The translations under genes and the position numbers were made by a program. The notes below the pieces were generated by a model. That model did no database searches, was not told the DNA's origin, and was given only the letters and a program-made list of their open reading frames with translations. Below, piece by piece: positions 48,659 to 61,842 of a stretch of DNA of 64,000 nucleotides (within the stretch, counting starts at the first letter, position 1; each line of letters starts with the position of its first letter). The DNA lies in the NCBI RefSeq assembly GCF_963921235.1, contig NC_086097.1, positions 85,066,001 through 85,130,000 of the forward strand. The letters are read 5' to 3'. Source of the DNA: Mobula hypostoma (lineage: Eukaryota).

Positions 48659-50875
48659 TATATTATGTTGGAGCTGTACTTAGCTACACAGTCACAAGTG
48701 TACATAGGGGCTAAATACGCATCCCTGTGGCGCAGCTGTGCTGATGGAGGTTGTGGAGGAGATGTTTTTGCCAATCCGAACTGACAAGTCCAGGATCCAA
48801 TTGCACAAGGGGGTATTAAGGCCCAGGTCTTAGAGTTTACTGATTAGTTTTGAGGGTATTATGGTATTAAGTGCTGAGCTGTAATCAAGAAAGAGCATCC
48901 TGACTTATGTACCGTAGCTGTCTAGATGTTCTAGGATTGTGTAAAGAGCCAATATGATGGCATCTGCTGTAGACCTGTTGATTCAATAGGTGAAATAGAG
49001 CGGATCAAAGTCAGGACTCCGACAGGAGCTGATATATTTCAACACCAGCCTCTCAAAATACTTCATCACTGTGGATGTAAGTGCTACTGGGCAATAGTGA
49101 TTGGGACAGGTTACCACTCTCTTCTTGGACACCGGTATGTTTGAAGCCTACTTTTAGCAGGTGGGTACCACACACTACCGGAGCGAGAGGTTGAAGATAT
49201 CTGTGAATGCACCAGCCAGTTGGTCAGCACAGGTCTTTAGTACTCGGCCAGAAACTCTGTCTGGACTGAATACTTTCCTTGGTTTCACTCTCTTGAAGGC
49301 AGCCCATGTGCCATCTTCAGATACTGAGACCAAAGGATTATCAGGAGACATGGGGTGAATGATGGTTCCTCCCTGTTCTGGTGATCAAAGTGAGCGTAGG
49401 AGGCTTTGAGCTCATCTGGAAGCGAAACTCTGCTGCCCCCTATGTCGCAAGATTAGGAGGTAGGAGGTTATGATATTCAAACCCTGCGACATCTGTCAAG
49501 CATCCCTCGTTGATTTCAGTCTAGACCAGAAGATGCAGGTAGATCTCCACTTGGTGCAGAGATCACACCTGCACTTCTTGTAGCATTCTTGATCTCCGGA
49601 CTTGAATGCCTCTGATCTGGCTCTCAGCAAGTTCTGGATTTCATTGTTCATTCCGGACTTCTGAATGGCGTAAACCCTGAATGATTTTGTGGGGACACAC
49701 TCATCCACAGCTGTTTAAATAAAGTCTTAATAAACTTTTAATCTGAATGCTTCTCAGCGCTGTTTAAAATTCTTGCCTTCTCTCCCCAACCCAACACACA
49801 AACAGAAGCCCTTTGCCTCAGCAGGATTTTATGACACTTGGGACTATTTGATACCACATTGATCAGCCTGCAGGTACTAAGCCTCTAATTTGCTTTTTGG
49901 CAGTTAGGATGGTTTACTGGTGAAAGAGCAAACCTGTGTTCGTCAACAGGGAGAAACAAAGATGTTCTGGGGCAAACTAAGATGCAGGATGAGTTTCACC
50001 CTGCTGTTAATTGAAATCTGCCTTTGGAACTGCCATAATTTCATCTTGTGGTTAGCTTAACATGAAGAGCTGTTGGATATCTTATGAAAATGAGTTAACC
50101 TTTAGTGAGGCAACCAAGATTATGTTTTAATCAAACAGGAAGAGAGAAGACAAAAGTTAATTACTTCCCTCAATATATTGCATTATTAAAAACGAGCAGA
50201 TTTACTGCTAAATGCAATATATAAAATATAATTGTTACTATTTTCTTCTATCAATAGATAACCAATGGGCATTCATGTAAAGGTATGTTTCAATATTCTC
50301 AGTGAATGTGCTGTAGTTTGCAAAATTGAAAGCAGCTGGAGAAAAGTGGATCTATCCGTAGCTAACTAAGAACACAGGAGAGGATTAGATTTGAGTAAGA
50401 TGCAGTAGATAACATTTGAGGAAGCAGCAATAAGTATTCAAAAATAATAGGTTAGATTGTGAGAACAAATTATCAAAAGCTGGAACAATAGATCGACACT
50501 TGCTGATTTACTCCCACAATCTAAATTTAAGAGTTTGTACAGCTTAAAAAGGAAGATCAGCTAAAGGTACACAAAAGCCTCTTCAGATAGTTGATAACAT
50601 TAATAAAATATAAATTATATTTTCAAATTTACTGAAGAAGCTTATCAGTCTTCAAAGAGGAATGCACTTAACTATACTCAACTTCACTTGCCCTATCATT
50701 GAAATGTTCCCACAACGTATACACTCACTTTCAAGGATTCTTCATCCATGTTCTGAATATTTATTGCTCGCTTATTTATTTATTATTATTATTATTATTT
50801 GTTTACTTTTGAATTTGCATCATTTGTTGTCTTTTTTCACCAAGTTGGTGCAGTGACAATGTGAACAGCGAGGTG

Positions 50876-51508
50876 AAGATAGTGGCGCGACGCAGCGCGC
50901 GCAGCCGTTCCGAATGATATCGTATGTGTTAACTAGGGGGCCGTGCACAATCCTGATTTGATGGCGACAGCCGTGAGAAGCACGGAGGAACACCTGGAGA
51001 AACTTCTGAAATGCCTGTTTCGCTGCTGCTGCTACTATGCGATCGAGAATCTCCGGAGGGGAGGGCCCCAAATCCTCGGCTTTGCCTATTGCCTGTTGCC
51101 GGGAACGGGGTCGAATCACTTGGCAGAGATGGTGCTCAGTGTCGGAGAGCTGGTTGGAGGCTCAGAGTTTTCGGACGGACTCGGAGTCGGACTGTGGTCG
51201 AATGCTTCCAGGATGCTGCATCGGCAAGTTTACGGCGCTGGAGGTTCACCGTCTACGTGAGATGATGGGACTTTCGAGAGACTTTGAGACTTTTTACCGT
51301 GCCATGGTCTGTTCTTTATCAAATTACGGTATTGCTTTGCACTGTTGTAACTATATGTTATAATTATGTGGTTTTTGTCAGTTTTTCAGTCGGTTTGTCA
51401 TGTGTCTGTGATATTATTCTGGTGAAACATTGTATCATTTCTTAATGCATGCATTACTAAATGACAATAAAAGAGGACTGCATGTCCTCATTATCTAATC
51501 TAATCTAA
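50876..51508 (+). mobile_element. ~650 bp non-autonomous retroposon family, copy 2
   Basis: CpG-rich head gaagatagtggcgcgacgcagcgcgc, tail aatgacAATAAA...(atcta)n; homologous to 11845-12527 and 57040-57685. Confidence 0.8.
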
Positions 51509-51949
51509 ACTTTCATTCATTCTGTTATGGATTTATTGAGTATGCCCTCAAGAAAATGAATCTCAAGGTTGTGTGTATATATAGGTTTACTTTGAGCTTT
51601 GAACACCATGTTATATAAGCAACATATGATACATATATCATTAATAAACGTGGGCTGCTCTTCCTTTTCTTCTCTGGAGCCTGAAGAATGGGCTTGTGAA
51701 ACATGCCAGGCTTACTAACAGAGCATCCAAGAGCAGATCTCCCAACATAATTACTGAGGAAACTCAGCATCATCCGGCTGTGCCAATGACCTCCATGGGG
51801 AACTCAACTGGGAAATGGCTGGAGGATCTTGGCCAAAAGTGCTGAAACTATCTAGTAATTAGGATGACAAATATCAACAGTTCCACATAGGAAACACAGT
51901 TAAAAAAAAATCCTGGCCTGCGATTAGAAGTAAGTGGGCTGTATTCATA

Positions 51950-52600
51950 TTGGTGGATTCATTGGTAGGGTACCACAAGGGATTAGTTCAGGCCCATGAG
52001 GTATTCAATTTTTATTAAATTATTTAGATGAAATGGCAGATTGTATCAAGGTTGTTGATGAAAGAAAGCTGAGCTGGCTATCGAGCTGAGAGTCTGCAAA
52101 GGGATAAATGCGCATTAAGAGAGTGCAATGTGACAATAGAGTACAGAGTGGGGAAATGTGAAGTTATGCACATTGATTGGAAGATCATACAGTGAGAAAC
52201 GTGACATTGAAATGAATAAAGACACAGATACAGCAAGCAATTAGGAAAGCAAGTGATTTGTTGGTCTATACTGCAAGGGGTTGGAATAAAAGTTAAGGAA
52301 GTCCTCCTGATATTGTTGAATACTGTGCAAAATGTTTGGTGTTTTCACATAAAGAAGGATAGGCTTGCATTAGAGTCAGTGCAGTGTAGATTCATTAGAT
52401 CAATCCCTGGGTGGGATGAGGAGGTTGCCCACTCTGAGAGATAGAGTAAAGGCAGTCTACACATTAGAGTCCAGAGATGAGAGCTGAGATCAATGATAAA
52501 AGACTGCGAATAAACTTACTTACTGGGCAGGTTGTCCTGAGCAGGATGTCACTGGATCAGCTATTCATGGTTTACATTCAATGATTTAGACATGTTTCAG
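51950..52600 (+). mobile_element. Ancient CR1 RT remnant
   Basis: GVPQG, KCEVMH, LALESVQCRFIRSIPG motifs. Confidence 0.6.
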
Positions 52601-52614
52601 AGGAACCTAGACAA

Positions 52615-53455
52615 ACCTCCTGGCACTTATCCCTGCAAGCATGACAAGTGCTGCACCTGCCCCACATCTTCTCCCTCACCACTATTCAAGGCCCAAATAG
52701 TTCTTCCAGGAGAGGCAATGCTTCACTTGCGAGTCGGTTGGGTGTTCCTGGTATAACCAGTGAGTCCTGGTGCAGAGTGGGGGACCATCTTTTGCACATC
52801 TTTGCTCTGTCCACTGCAAAAGTCAAGCTCTCCCGGTGGCTACCCATTTCAATTCAACTTCCCATTCTCACACCGGCATGTCCATTCATGACCTCCTCTA
52901 CTGCCACAATGAGACAAAACTCAGGTTGGAAGAGCAATACTTCACTCCATCTGGGTAGCCTCCAACCTGATAGGATGATTTCTCTAACTTCCATTAATAA
53001 CTGCCTTCACCTCCCTTCTCTTTTTCTATTCCCCTTTCTAGTTACCCTCTTACTGTTTTTCTTCTCCTCACCTGCCCATCATCTCTCTCTGGTTTTCCTC
53101 CTCCTTTCCTTTTTTCCATGGTGCATTGTCCTTTCCTATCAGATTCCTTCTTCTTCAGCCTTTTACTTCTTCTACCTATCATCTCCCAGCTTCTTACTTC
53201 ATCCTCCCCCTTCCACCAATCACCAATCTTCTCACTCACCTGGTCTTAACTATCACCTGCTAAATTGTAATCCTTCCCCTCCCCCACCACTTTATTCTGA
53301 TTTCTAACCACGTCCTTTCCAGTCCCGACGAAGGGTCTCCACTCGAAACATTGACTGCTTATTCCCCTCCATGGATGCTCTCTACCTTGCTGACTTTTTC
53401 CAGCAGTTGTGCATGTTGTTCAAGATACCCTGCATCTGCTGGATCTCATGTCTAC
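52615..53455 (+). mobile_element. Older PLE GIY-YIG end + terminal repeat
   Basis: PGTYPCK..KC.TC, LPVATHFNSTSHSH, LRLEEQ, LGSLQPD motifs. Confidence 0.85.
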
Positions 53456-53499
53456 TGTCCTCTTCTATGCTTTGAAGTAACACTTTAGCGGCATTTGAA

Positions 53500-54920
53500 T
53501 GTAGTAATTGTTTCTGATTCCATCACCTTCTCTGACAGCTATCAATCACCCTTTTAGTAAAAAGTTTCTTCTAATATACCCTTTAAATCTCCTACACCTC
53601 ACCATAAGATGATATGTTCTTGTTTTTGACAGCTCTACCATTGTCTATTTATTATATCCATGCCTCTGAAAGTCTTTTATACTTTAATCAGATCACTCTT
53701 CAGCTTTCTTTGATCCAGGGAAATCAAACACAGCTTATCAAATCCCATCCCATAACTGAAGTCCTCCAATCCAGGAAACATTCAGGTGAATCTTCTCTTC
53801 ACTCTCTCCAGAGTTACAACATTCTTCATATAATGTGGGGACCAGAAGTGTACACAATACTCCAAGTATGTCCGAACCGGTTTTTCCCAAAATAGTAATT
53901 TAGTGTCCCAACTCTTATATTTGATGCCCCAACTTAGAAAGCCAAGTATGCGTCTTTACCATCCAATCTATCTGCATCTATCTTTCAGTGAATTACAGAT
54001 TTCGAGCCCGAAGTACATTTGCTTATCAATATTCCTTAGTGCACTACCAGTTATTGTATATGTCCTACCTCTATTTGACATCCAAAGTGCATCACCTTGA
54101 CTTGACAGGTTCAAATTCCATTTGCAAATGAAACACCCAACTTTCCAACTGATTTCTATCTGTTGTAGCCTTAGGTAACTTCCTCACTGACTATAATATC
54201 ACCAACTTACAGTGATGTGGGTTCAATTCTGCCGCTGCCTGTAAGGAAATTCTCCCTGTAACTGTGTGAGTTTCCTCAAGATACTTTGCTTTCCTCCCAC
54301 ATGCCAAAGGCAACACGTTAGCAGGTTAATTAGTCACATGGGTGTAATTGCCCCAGGCTCATTGGACCAGATAGGCTTGATACTGAGCGGTATCTCTAAC
54401 TAAATAAGCTTTCATATAATCTGCATATCTAATAATTATTCCTCCTACATTCACATCCGAAACTTTACCATGTATCACAAACACATTATTGATCCCTTTT
54501 GTATACCACTAGTCACAGACTTCCTATCAAACAAAAATATCCTTCTACAATTACCCTTTGCCTCATATCACCAAGTCAATTTAAGATACAATTAGTCAGC
54601 TTGCCTTGAATCTTATTTCTTAATCTACTGGGCCAGGTGAGATCTTCTGAAATGCCTTCATAAAGGTAATATAGACAACATTTGCTGCCTTTTTTCACAA
54701 ATCTTCTTGGTTAATTCATCAATAAACTATCAAATTAGTGAAAGAGGATATTCCCCTCACAAAGCTATGGTGCCTTCCTGATCCAAATGAATTTGAATGC
54801 TGTTCCTTAATATTTTCTACAATATTCCCTATCACAGATCTAAGTAGGGCTCACTAGTTAGTAGTTTTCTGGCGTACTGCTGTTGCCCGTCTCAAGTAAA
54901 GGAACAATTTTAGTTATCCA
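53500..54920 (-). mobile_element. Ancient CR1 RT/3' remnant with a nested SINE (~54215-54410)
   Basis: Reverse-complement LEYCV.FW.P, ERVKRRFT and AFQKI-like motifs; SINE core gtgagtttcctc...ggttaattagtcacatggg. Confidence 0.55.
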
Positions 54921-54944
54921 CCAGTTTACTTGGTGCTTTGCCTC

Positions 54945-55355
54945 CGTCACAATGTGCGCTGGCAATGTTGTTACTAAGTACGGAGGAAAGAGAGACACCA
55001 ATATAGGGATGACAACCAGAGTTTATTCATAAGAGTTCCAACAGAACATTGATGGCTTGGTTAAGTGACACGTAACATTCTTAAAACTAGGGTCCCACGA
55101 TCAGTGCTAATCAGGCATCCGCTTAAATAATACAAGTAACACAGAATCCCTAAGTTTTTCAAAATAAACTTAACAAGTTTAAGTAGACAACACCAGGAGA
55201 CCGCATTGCAAAGAGTGAATCGCTTGAGAAAAACACAAGACATTCTAAATGATTAACAACTCTCGTTAAACAACAATTAACAAATTCAGGTGCTCTAAAA
55301 ACCTCAGAGCCCAATGCTCTCCAGCTTCCCGCACAAGCCCGACAAGCTCATTACA
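54945..55355 (-). mobile_element. Putative solo LTR (copy 2)
   Basis: Inverted homologue of 9415-9818; flanks GCCTC / GCCTA form a 5 bp TSD with one mismatch. Confidence 0.65.
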
Positions 55356-57039
55356 GCCTATGGCCAACAAAAATGCAAAATCTCCATCAGGGCCCCATTT
55401 ATTTCCTATCTCGTTTCGCATAGCTTTGTAATGCTTCAAGAATTCACAAGATGAGTGGTTGTTTTCTACAGCTAAGGAATTCGGAACTAGGTTCCAATGC
55501 CACAGGATAAGTGACCAGTCACTGAGGATTGAGACAAGGAAAATTTACTTTATTCAGATTTGTTTCCCTGGATGCTCAGTCATTGAGATTGCAGAATTTC
55601 TGGATGGGGGCAGGGAGACCAGCGGGGAAGATGAGAGGGTAGGGATCAGTGAGGAGAATGGACTTGATGCACAGAATCAGCCATGATCTAAATTGAATGG
55701 CAGAATAAACTCAAGACACTGTATGACATAGCCTTGTTTGTAGTTGGTATGAGATTCTGATCGCTACCCTCCACACTTCCTCACACCCATCATCTCTTGC
55801 TATCCCTAGCTCGAGTATTCTTGCTACCTGTGCTGCCAGGGGTAGTGGTAGAGGCAGATACATCAGGGTGGTTTAAGAGACTCTTAGATAAGCTCATGGA
55901 TGAAAGAAAAATGGAGGGCCTTGTGAGAAGGAAATGTTAGATTGATCTTTGATTAGGTTAAAAGTCTGGCACAGCATTGTGGGCCGAAGGGCCTGTACTG
56001 TGCTGTGCTGTATGTTCTATGTTTTATGATATTCATTTTAGGGCACTCTTCAGCTTTCCTCGCTCATCTCCTCCACACTCCTGAGCGTTTCTAATGAAGA
56101 GCAATGTACCTTTCATGGCCTCCGACCATCCCAGAGCATTCTACAGCCAGCTGTCTTTCCGAAGTGGAGTCGGTGTTGGAGTGAGGCACACATTACAATC
56201 AATTTGTAAATGCAAAGCTCTCACAAACAGCAATGGGATAGTGGCAAATAATCTGTTCTGTGATGGAGACGGGAGAGTAAATATTGGCGGGGACATAAGG
56301 TGAATTCATCACCTCTGCATTGTGAAACTTCAATAAAGTGATACCATATACAATATTTCCTCATGACTTAAAAAGTGGCCATTTTGATAGAGACTCTGCC
56401 TGTTCACAGAAGTATCCCATTCCTCCTTTAATTTACCCTGTAGCTTTCCACCAGCTCTCTCTGCATTCTACCATTCACCTACACTATTGGCATGCCTTCA
56501 ATGTGTGGAAGGGAACCTACATAGTCTGAAAGAGAACAATGCAAATTCAGTGCATACAATGGTCAGGACTGAGCCTGGGTCACTGGAATGTGAGATAGCA
56601 ACTCTGTTAGTTGTTTCACTGATTCACCCAAATGCATTGTATGTGGGTTTTGCACTTCAAGATAGAATTTTGTCTAAAAATAATATAATTAAAAAAGGAG
56701 AAGATAAAATATACAGCCTGTGGTAGGATAGAAGTTGGGGAAGTTTAATTGACAAAAATGATGATCCTGGAAGGTGAAACAGGGTGGGGATGCATCAGGT
56801 AAGGAAACAGATGAGTTGACTGTTAAATGTGTTGACTTCAGAGTTTCTGAAACACGTGACAGAAAGGTGAGACACTTCTGCACAAGTTTCTGTTGCACTG
56901 GATTGGAGGAGTGTCAAATGCCAAACTCAAGAAGATCAGAGTGGTGGTGTGACCAGAGAATTAAAGAGATGAGTGACTATAAATTCGAGGTTGCACTGAA
57001 GGCTCATCCATTGAATACCTTGAGGAGTTGAAGGTTAAT

Positions 57040-57685
57040 TATTATTATGATTCTGAGGACATGCAGTCCCCTTTTATTGTCATTTAATAATGCATGCATT
57101 AGGAAATGATAAAAAAATGTTTTACCAGAATGATATCACGAAAACACATGATAAACTGACTTAAAAACTAACAAAAACCACATAATTATAACATATAGTC
57201 ACAACAGTGCAAAGCAATACCGTAATTTGATAAGAACAGACCATGGCACAGTAAAAGTCTCAAAATCTCTCGAAAGTCCCATCATCTCACGCAGATGGTA
57301 AACCTCCAGCACCAAGAACTTGCCGGTGCAGCATCCTGGAAGCATCCGACCACAGTCTGACCCCGAGTCCGTCCGAAAAACTCCGAGCCTCCAACCACCT
57401 ATTCAACACCGAGCACCGAGCACCATCTCTGCCGAGTGCTTCGACCCCGGCCCCGGGAACAGGCGATACGCAAAGCCAAGGATTAGGGGCCTTCATCTCC
57501 GGAGATTCTCGATCGCACAGTAGCAGCGGCAGCGAAGCAGGCATTTCAGAAGTTACTCCAGATGTTCCTCTGCGCTTCTCACGGCTGTCTCTATCAAATC
57601 CGGAGTGTGCACGGCCCCCTAGTTAACACATATCGATACTCATCCGGAACAGCCGCGCGCACTGCGTCACGCCGCCATCTTCTCC
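57040..57685 (-). mobile_element. ~650 bp non-autonomous retroposon family, copy 3
   Basis: Minus strand starts gagAAGATGGCGGcgtgacgcag and ends aatgacAATAAA...(ata)n. Confidence 0.8.
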
Positions 57686-58744
57686 TCCCTCCTTTCACAC
57701 TGTCTGATATCTCGGAGCACCAATAAGCATCATGATGATTTTCAGGTGTCACAGAGGGAACGTGTAACATGCCTTCTACTTTTAATGCATTGAGTGCTGT
57801 GCATGAAATGGATTTGAGTAAAGAAATAAGTGATAGAAAGAGAGTCAGCCATGAATGATGATGTTAAGTATAGTGGCTTGAGAAATAAACATGGGTGGGT
57901 TATGCTTTAAAACATGATCACTAAAAAGCCCATCTTTTCATGGTTTGTCATAAATTGCTCTCATGTTCACACCAATAGGTTGTTCTAATGAGATTTGGGA
58001 ATAAATTCATGGTTTAAGCTCATTTGATTGTACATTTGATAAAGGCAAAACATAATGTGTAAAGAAATGTAATTTTGAGACAGTTCTATGGAGTTTCAGA
58101 AGGTAGGTAAGTAGGTGGGCCTGATGTGTAAAGTATTAGTAAAGTCTGTTTCATTTACTCCACCATCAAGTGTTTTGTACTCAGTTTTCTCCCTTGAACC
58201 AGAAAGGCAGAGAGTTTACTGACAGTTCATTCTTAATATATAACTTCAGAGGTTAATCAAATGCACAGAGTATCTGAGCAATAGATCAATTATTGCTGAC
58301 TTCACTTTGGAATACCTATAAAATCTATGAACTTGCTGCAAGTTGAAACTGCAATTTCTATTTCTATAGATCAAGTCACTTTGAAAAACTTCCAATAAAC
58401 TAGTCAATGCTCTTGCAGTTGACTTAGGAGAAGGGACTGTCAATATTTAATGAATGTAATAAAATAGTCATAAAACAGCAAGAGCTTAGGAAAACATTAA
58501 CTGCAGAAGGTCACAGATGAATCTATGCACTTTCGGAAGGTTTTAATCCTGGGTTACAAGAAAGGAAATACGAATCAATTCCTTAACAAATTGTAAATAC
58601 AGGTCAGAGATTATTTTGAACTGAAGAATATACATGAAGGATCACAATGGAGGGCAACATTAAAAATAAAAGCGTGGAATCCAAATCAGGTCAATTGGGA
58701 TTGAGGTTTATTTCAAGTTCAAGGTTAATGGTCACGTAACCATA

Positions 58745-59370
58745 CATGAATACTAATCCTCCTTGAGGAGTCAGCAGTGGAAAGAGTGAGAAGATTCAAG
58801 TTCCTGGACGTTAACAGCTCAGAGGATCTATCCTGGGCCCAAGCCATCGATGTAGTCAGGAAGAAGGCAAGACTCTGGCTTAACTTCATTAGGAGTTTGA
58901 GGAGATTTGTCAACAGTACCTTGTACAAATGTATATAGATATACAGTCAAGAGCATTCTGACTGGTTGCATCACAAACTAGAGTGGAAGCAATGCACAGT
59001 TTCCTGAAGAGGCTCAATCAGTTCTATCACAAGCACAGCCCTCCTCAACATCAAGGATTTCTTCAAGAGGCAGTGCCTCAAGAAGGCCCTATCCATTATT
59101 TAGGACCCTTGCCATTCAGGGCATGTCTTCTTTTTATTACTACCATCAGGGAGAAGGTGTGGGAGCTCGAAGACCCACCATCACTGATTTAGGAGCACTT
59201 TTTCTCCCTTCCCCATCAGATTTCTGAACAGTTCATGAGCTCACAAATTCAACCACCTTATTCCTTTTATTTATTGATGTTTTGTAATTTCTAGATTTTT
59301 ATGTATTTGCATAGTACCACAACCAAGTTCATGTCATATGTTAGTGATAATAAATCTAATTCTGACTCTG
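58745..59370 (+). mobile_element. Rex1/L2-type LINE 3' fragment
   Basis: FKFLDVN.SEDLSW, KKARLWL.FIRSLRRF, SILTGCIT motifs; taataaatctaattctgactct tail. Confidence 0.75.
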
Positions 59371-59929
59371 AAATACCTTAAGATCTATGGTAGATAGTTG
59401 CAGTTATTGCTTCTGCTGCAGCTCCCCATTACCCTGAAAACTAATACCATTCACAATAATTTGCTTTGTAGAGGTACTGGTAGGAGTAGTGCAATGCTAT
59501 GGGGCTACCAGGAGATATGGTGTGGTGCAATGTTACTAGAAGAGTGATGTTACCAGATAATGCTACCAGTAAGAAAGAAGGTGCAGGGTGGTGACATTAG
59601 CAGGAATAAGACCATAAGACCATAAGACATGGGAGCAGAAGTAGGCCATTCGGCCTGTCGAGTCTGCTCCGCCATTCAATCCTGGGCTGATCCACTTCAT
59701 CCAATCATCCCCACTCCCCTGCTTTCATCCCATACCCGTTGATGCCCTGGCTAATCAGGAACCTATCTAACTCTGCCTTAAATACACCCAATGACTTGGC
59801 CTCCACCGCCGCTCGTGGCAACAAATTCCACAGACGATGCTATAGGGTGTTATCAGCAGGTGGAACAGCACAGCGTAATGATGCTACCAACTACACTTGC
59901 ATGCCGGGCAGCACCTACCCGTGTGCCCA

Positions 59930-60550
59930 TTAATGTGTGAGTATTAATTCTCCTGCATCAAAGCCGAGCATCTAGAGATCTTAGACCACCTTGCCACTGG
60001 ATCAGACTAGAGCTCTGTAAAGCCTGTGTGCACAGAAGCCCGTGAAAAGAAGCAATGCACAGGCAAAGGAGCAATGCACTCTTCAACATGGTTTTGGACC
60101 CAGAGTGTCAGGACCATCATAACAATTGCAGACTTGTATATCTTAAGAGCTTGATCACTTTTTTACCAATGGTGCTGTACTGAGTGATACATTTCAGGCA
60201 GGAGCTGGCCAATTTTCAAGCAGAGCAGTGGCTAAACCTTCTGGAGGACACTCTAGTGCAGGGCTGTCATCTTCATGAAGCCATCAAGAATTAGCTTGAC
60301 TGGTGTCTTAGCAACACTGCCCAGAGTCTTGGTAAACGCCTCATGAATTTTCTGCTGTGAAGCCCATGGTGGACCAGCTGTATAGCAGAAGGTTCACAGT
60401 GCCACACAGACAAATCCCTTCAGTCGTCTTCAGCCCCATCTGTTGAAGAGTCTGCAGATGCCTCATCAGCAACGCCAGAGCTCACAGAATTGGAGTGAAA
60501 CCAAGACATTCTTCATCCCGAGAGTCCGCCTGAGAAGAATGAATTTACAA
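59930..60550 (+). mobile_element. Possible very decayed Gypsy integrase 3' remnant
   Basis: Only faint motif order (HLAT, HSST, TFQAG, VDQL, RMNL) across broken frames; weak. Confidence 0.25.
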
Positions 60551-61123
60551 CCGTATTGTTGCTGTGTGGAGGTACCAGCTGGAGTGGTAGGGTGGCAGTG
60601 ACACAAGTAAGGATGGGGCTGCAGTTCAGTCACACTCTACAAGCAGAAGTAACGTTGTGATGAAATCAGCAGGAGTGGCAGTAGATCAGCCTTTATCCCT
60701 TGGGCTTCCTAGGAAGAGAAGAATAATATTTGCAGCAGAAGAGCATTTCTAGCAAGCATGACAGTTCAGTATAATGACACCAGCAGGAACAATGGTGCAT
60801 TTCAGTGATGGCGGCAGAGTTAATAGTGATCCTAGCAGGGGTGGGATGTGCTGTCTTCGCGAGTCATACACCTATGGACAGTAGCAGGATATATGGCGGG
60901 TTTTGGCGATCCTGGAAAGACTAATGATGCAATCTCAAACTACTAGGAGTAATGTTCTGGTGTAGTGAAGCTAACAGCAGTAATTGCATGGGGTAATGAT
61001 CTAGATGGATTCACAGTGTAGTATGGTGACAGTTGGTAGCTGCAGCAGTACAGTGTAATTACACCAGCTGGAGTAGTGGTTTGGTGTTGTGCTTAGTGAC
61101 TTGATCAGCCGAGAACACCTTGT

Positions 61124-61842
61124 TACACTCACAACACGCTGGAGGAACTCAGCAGGTCGGGCAGCATCTGTGGAAACGATGAGTCGACGTTTTGGGCCGG
61201 AACCTTTCGTCAGGACTGTAGAGGGAAGGGGCAGAGGCCCTATAAAGAAGGTCGGGGGAGGGTGGGAAGGAGAAGGCTGGTAGGTTCCAGGTGAAGAACC
61301 AGTAAGGGGAACGATAAAGGGGTGGGGGAGGGGAAGCAGGGAGGTGATAGGCAGGAAAGGTGAAGAAGGAATAGGGGAAAACACAATGGGTAGTAGAAGG
61401 AGGCGGAACAATGAGGGAGGTGATGGGCAGCTGGGGGAGGGGGCAGAGTGACATAGGGATAGGGGAAGGGAGGGGGAGGGAATTACCAGAAGTTGGAGAA
61501 TTCTATGTTCATACCAAGGGGCTGGAGACTACCTAGACGGTATATGAGGTGTTGCTCCTCCAACCTGAGTTTAGCCTCATCATGGCAGTAGAGGAGGCCG
61601 TGTATGGACATATCTGAATGGGAGTGGGAAGCAGAGTTGAAGTGGGTGGCTACTGGGAGATCCTGTCTGTTGTGGTGGGCAGAGCGGAGATGCTCGACAA
61701 AGCGGTCCCCCAACCCTGATAAAGGGTTCCGGCCCGAAACATCGACTCATCGTTTCCACGGATGCTGCCCGACCTGCTGAGTTCCTCCAGCGTGTTGTGA
61801 GTGTTGCTTTGACCCCAGCATCTGCAGAGTATTTTGTGTTTA
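61124..61842 (-). mobile_element. Penelope-like 3' fragment with short inverted 5' segment (third subfamily)
   Basis: ORF 61483..61713 is the GIY-YIG C-terminus; 61715-61842 is an inverted copy of the terminus; perfect 14 bp TSD CGAGAACACCTTGT (61110-61123, 61843-61856). Confidence 0.92.

Larger units (their letters stand above)
46160..49715 (-). mobile_element. Rex1/L2-type LINE (decayed), split by a Tc1 insertion; tail continues at ~45705-45760
   Basis: MDECVPTKSFRVY, D.SSAFN-like, SSNIIY|KFADDSTVVG, LSLDVNKTKELVVDFRR, FKF.GVTI motifs. Confidence 0.8.
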
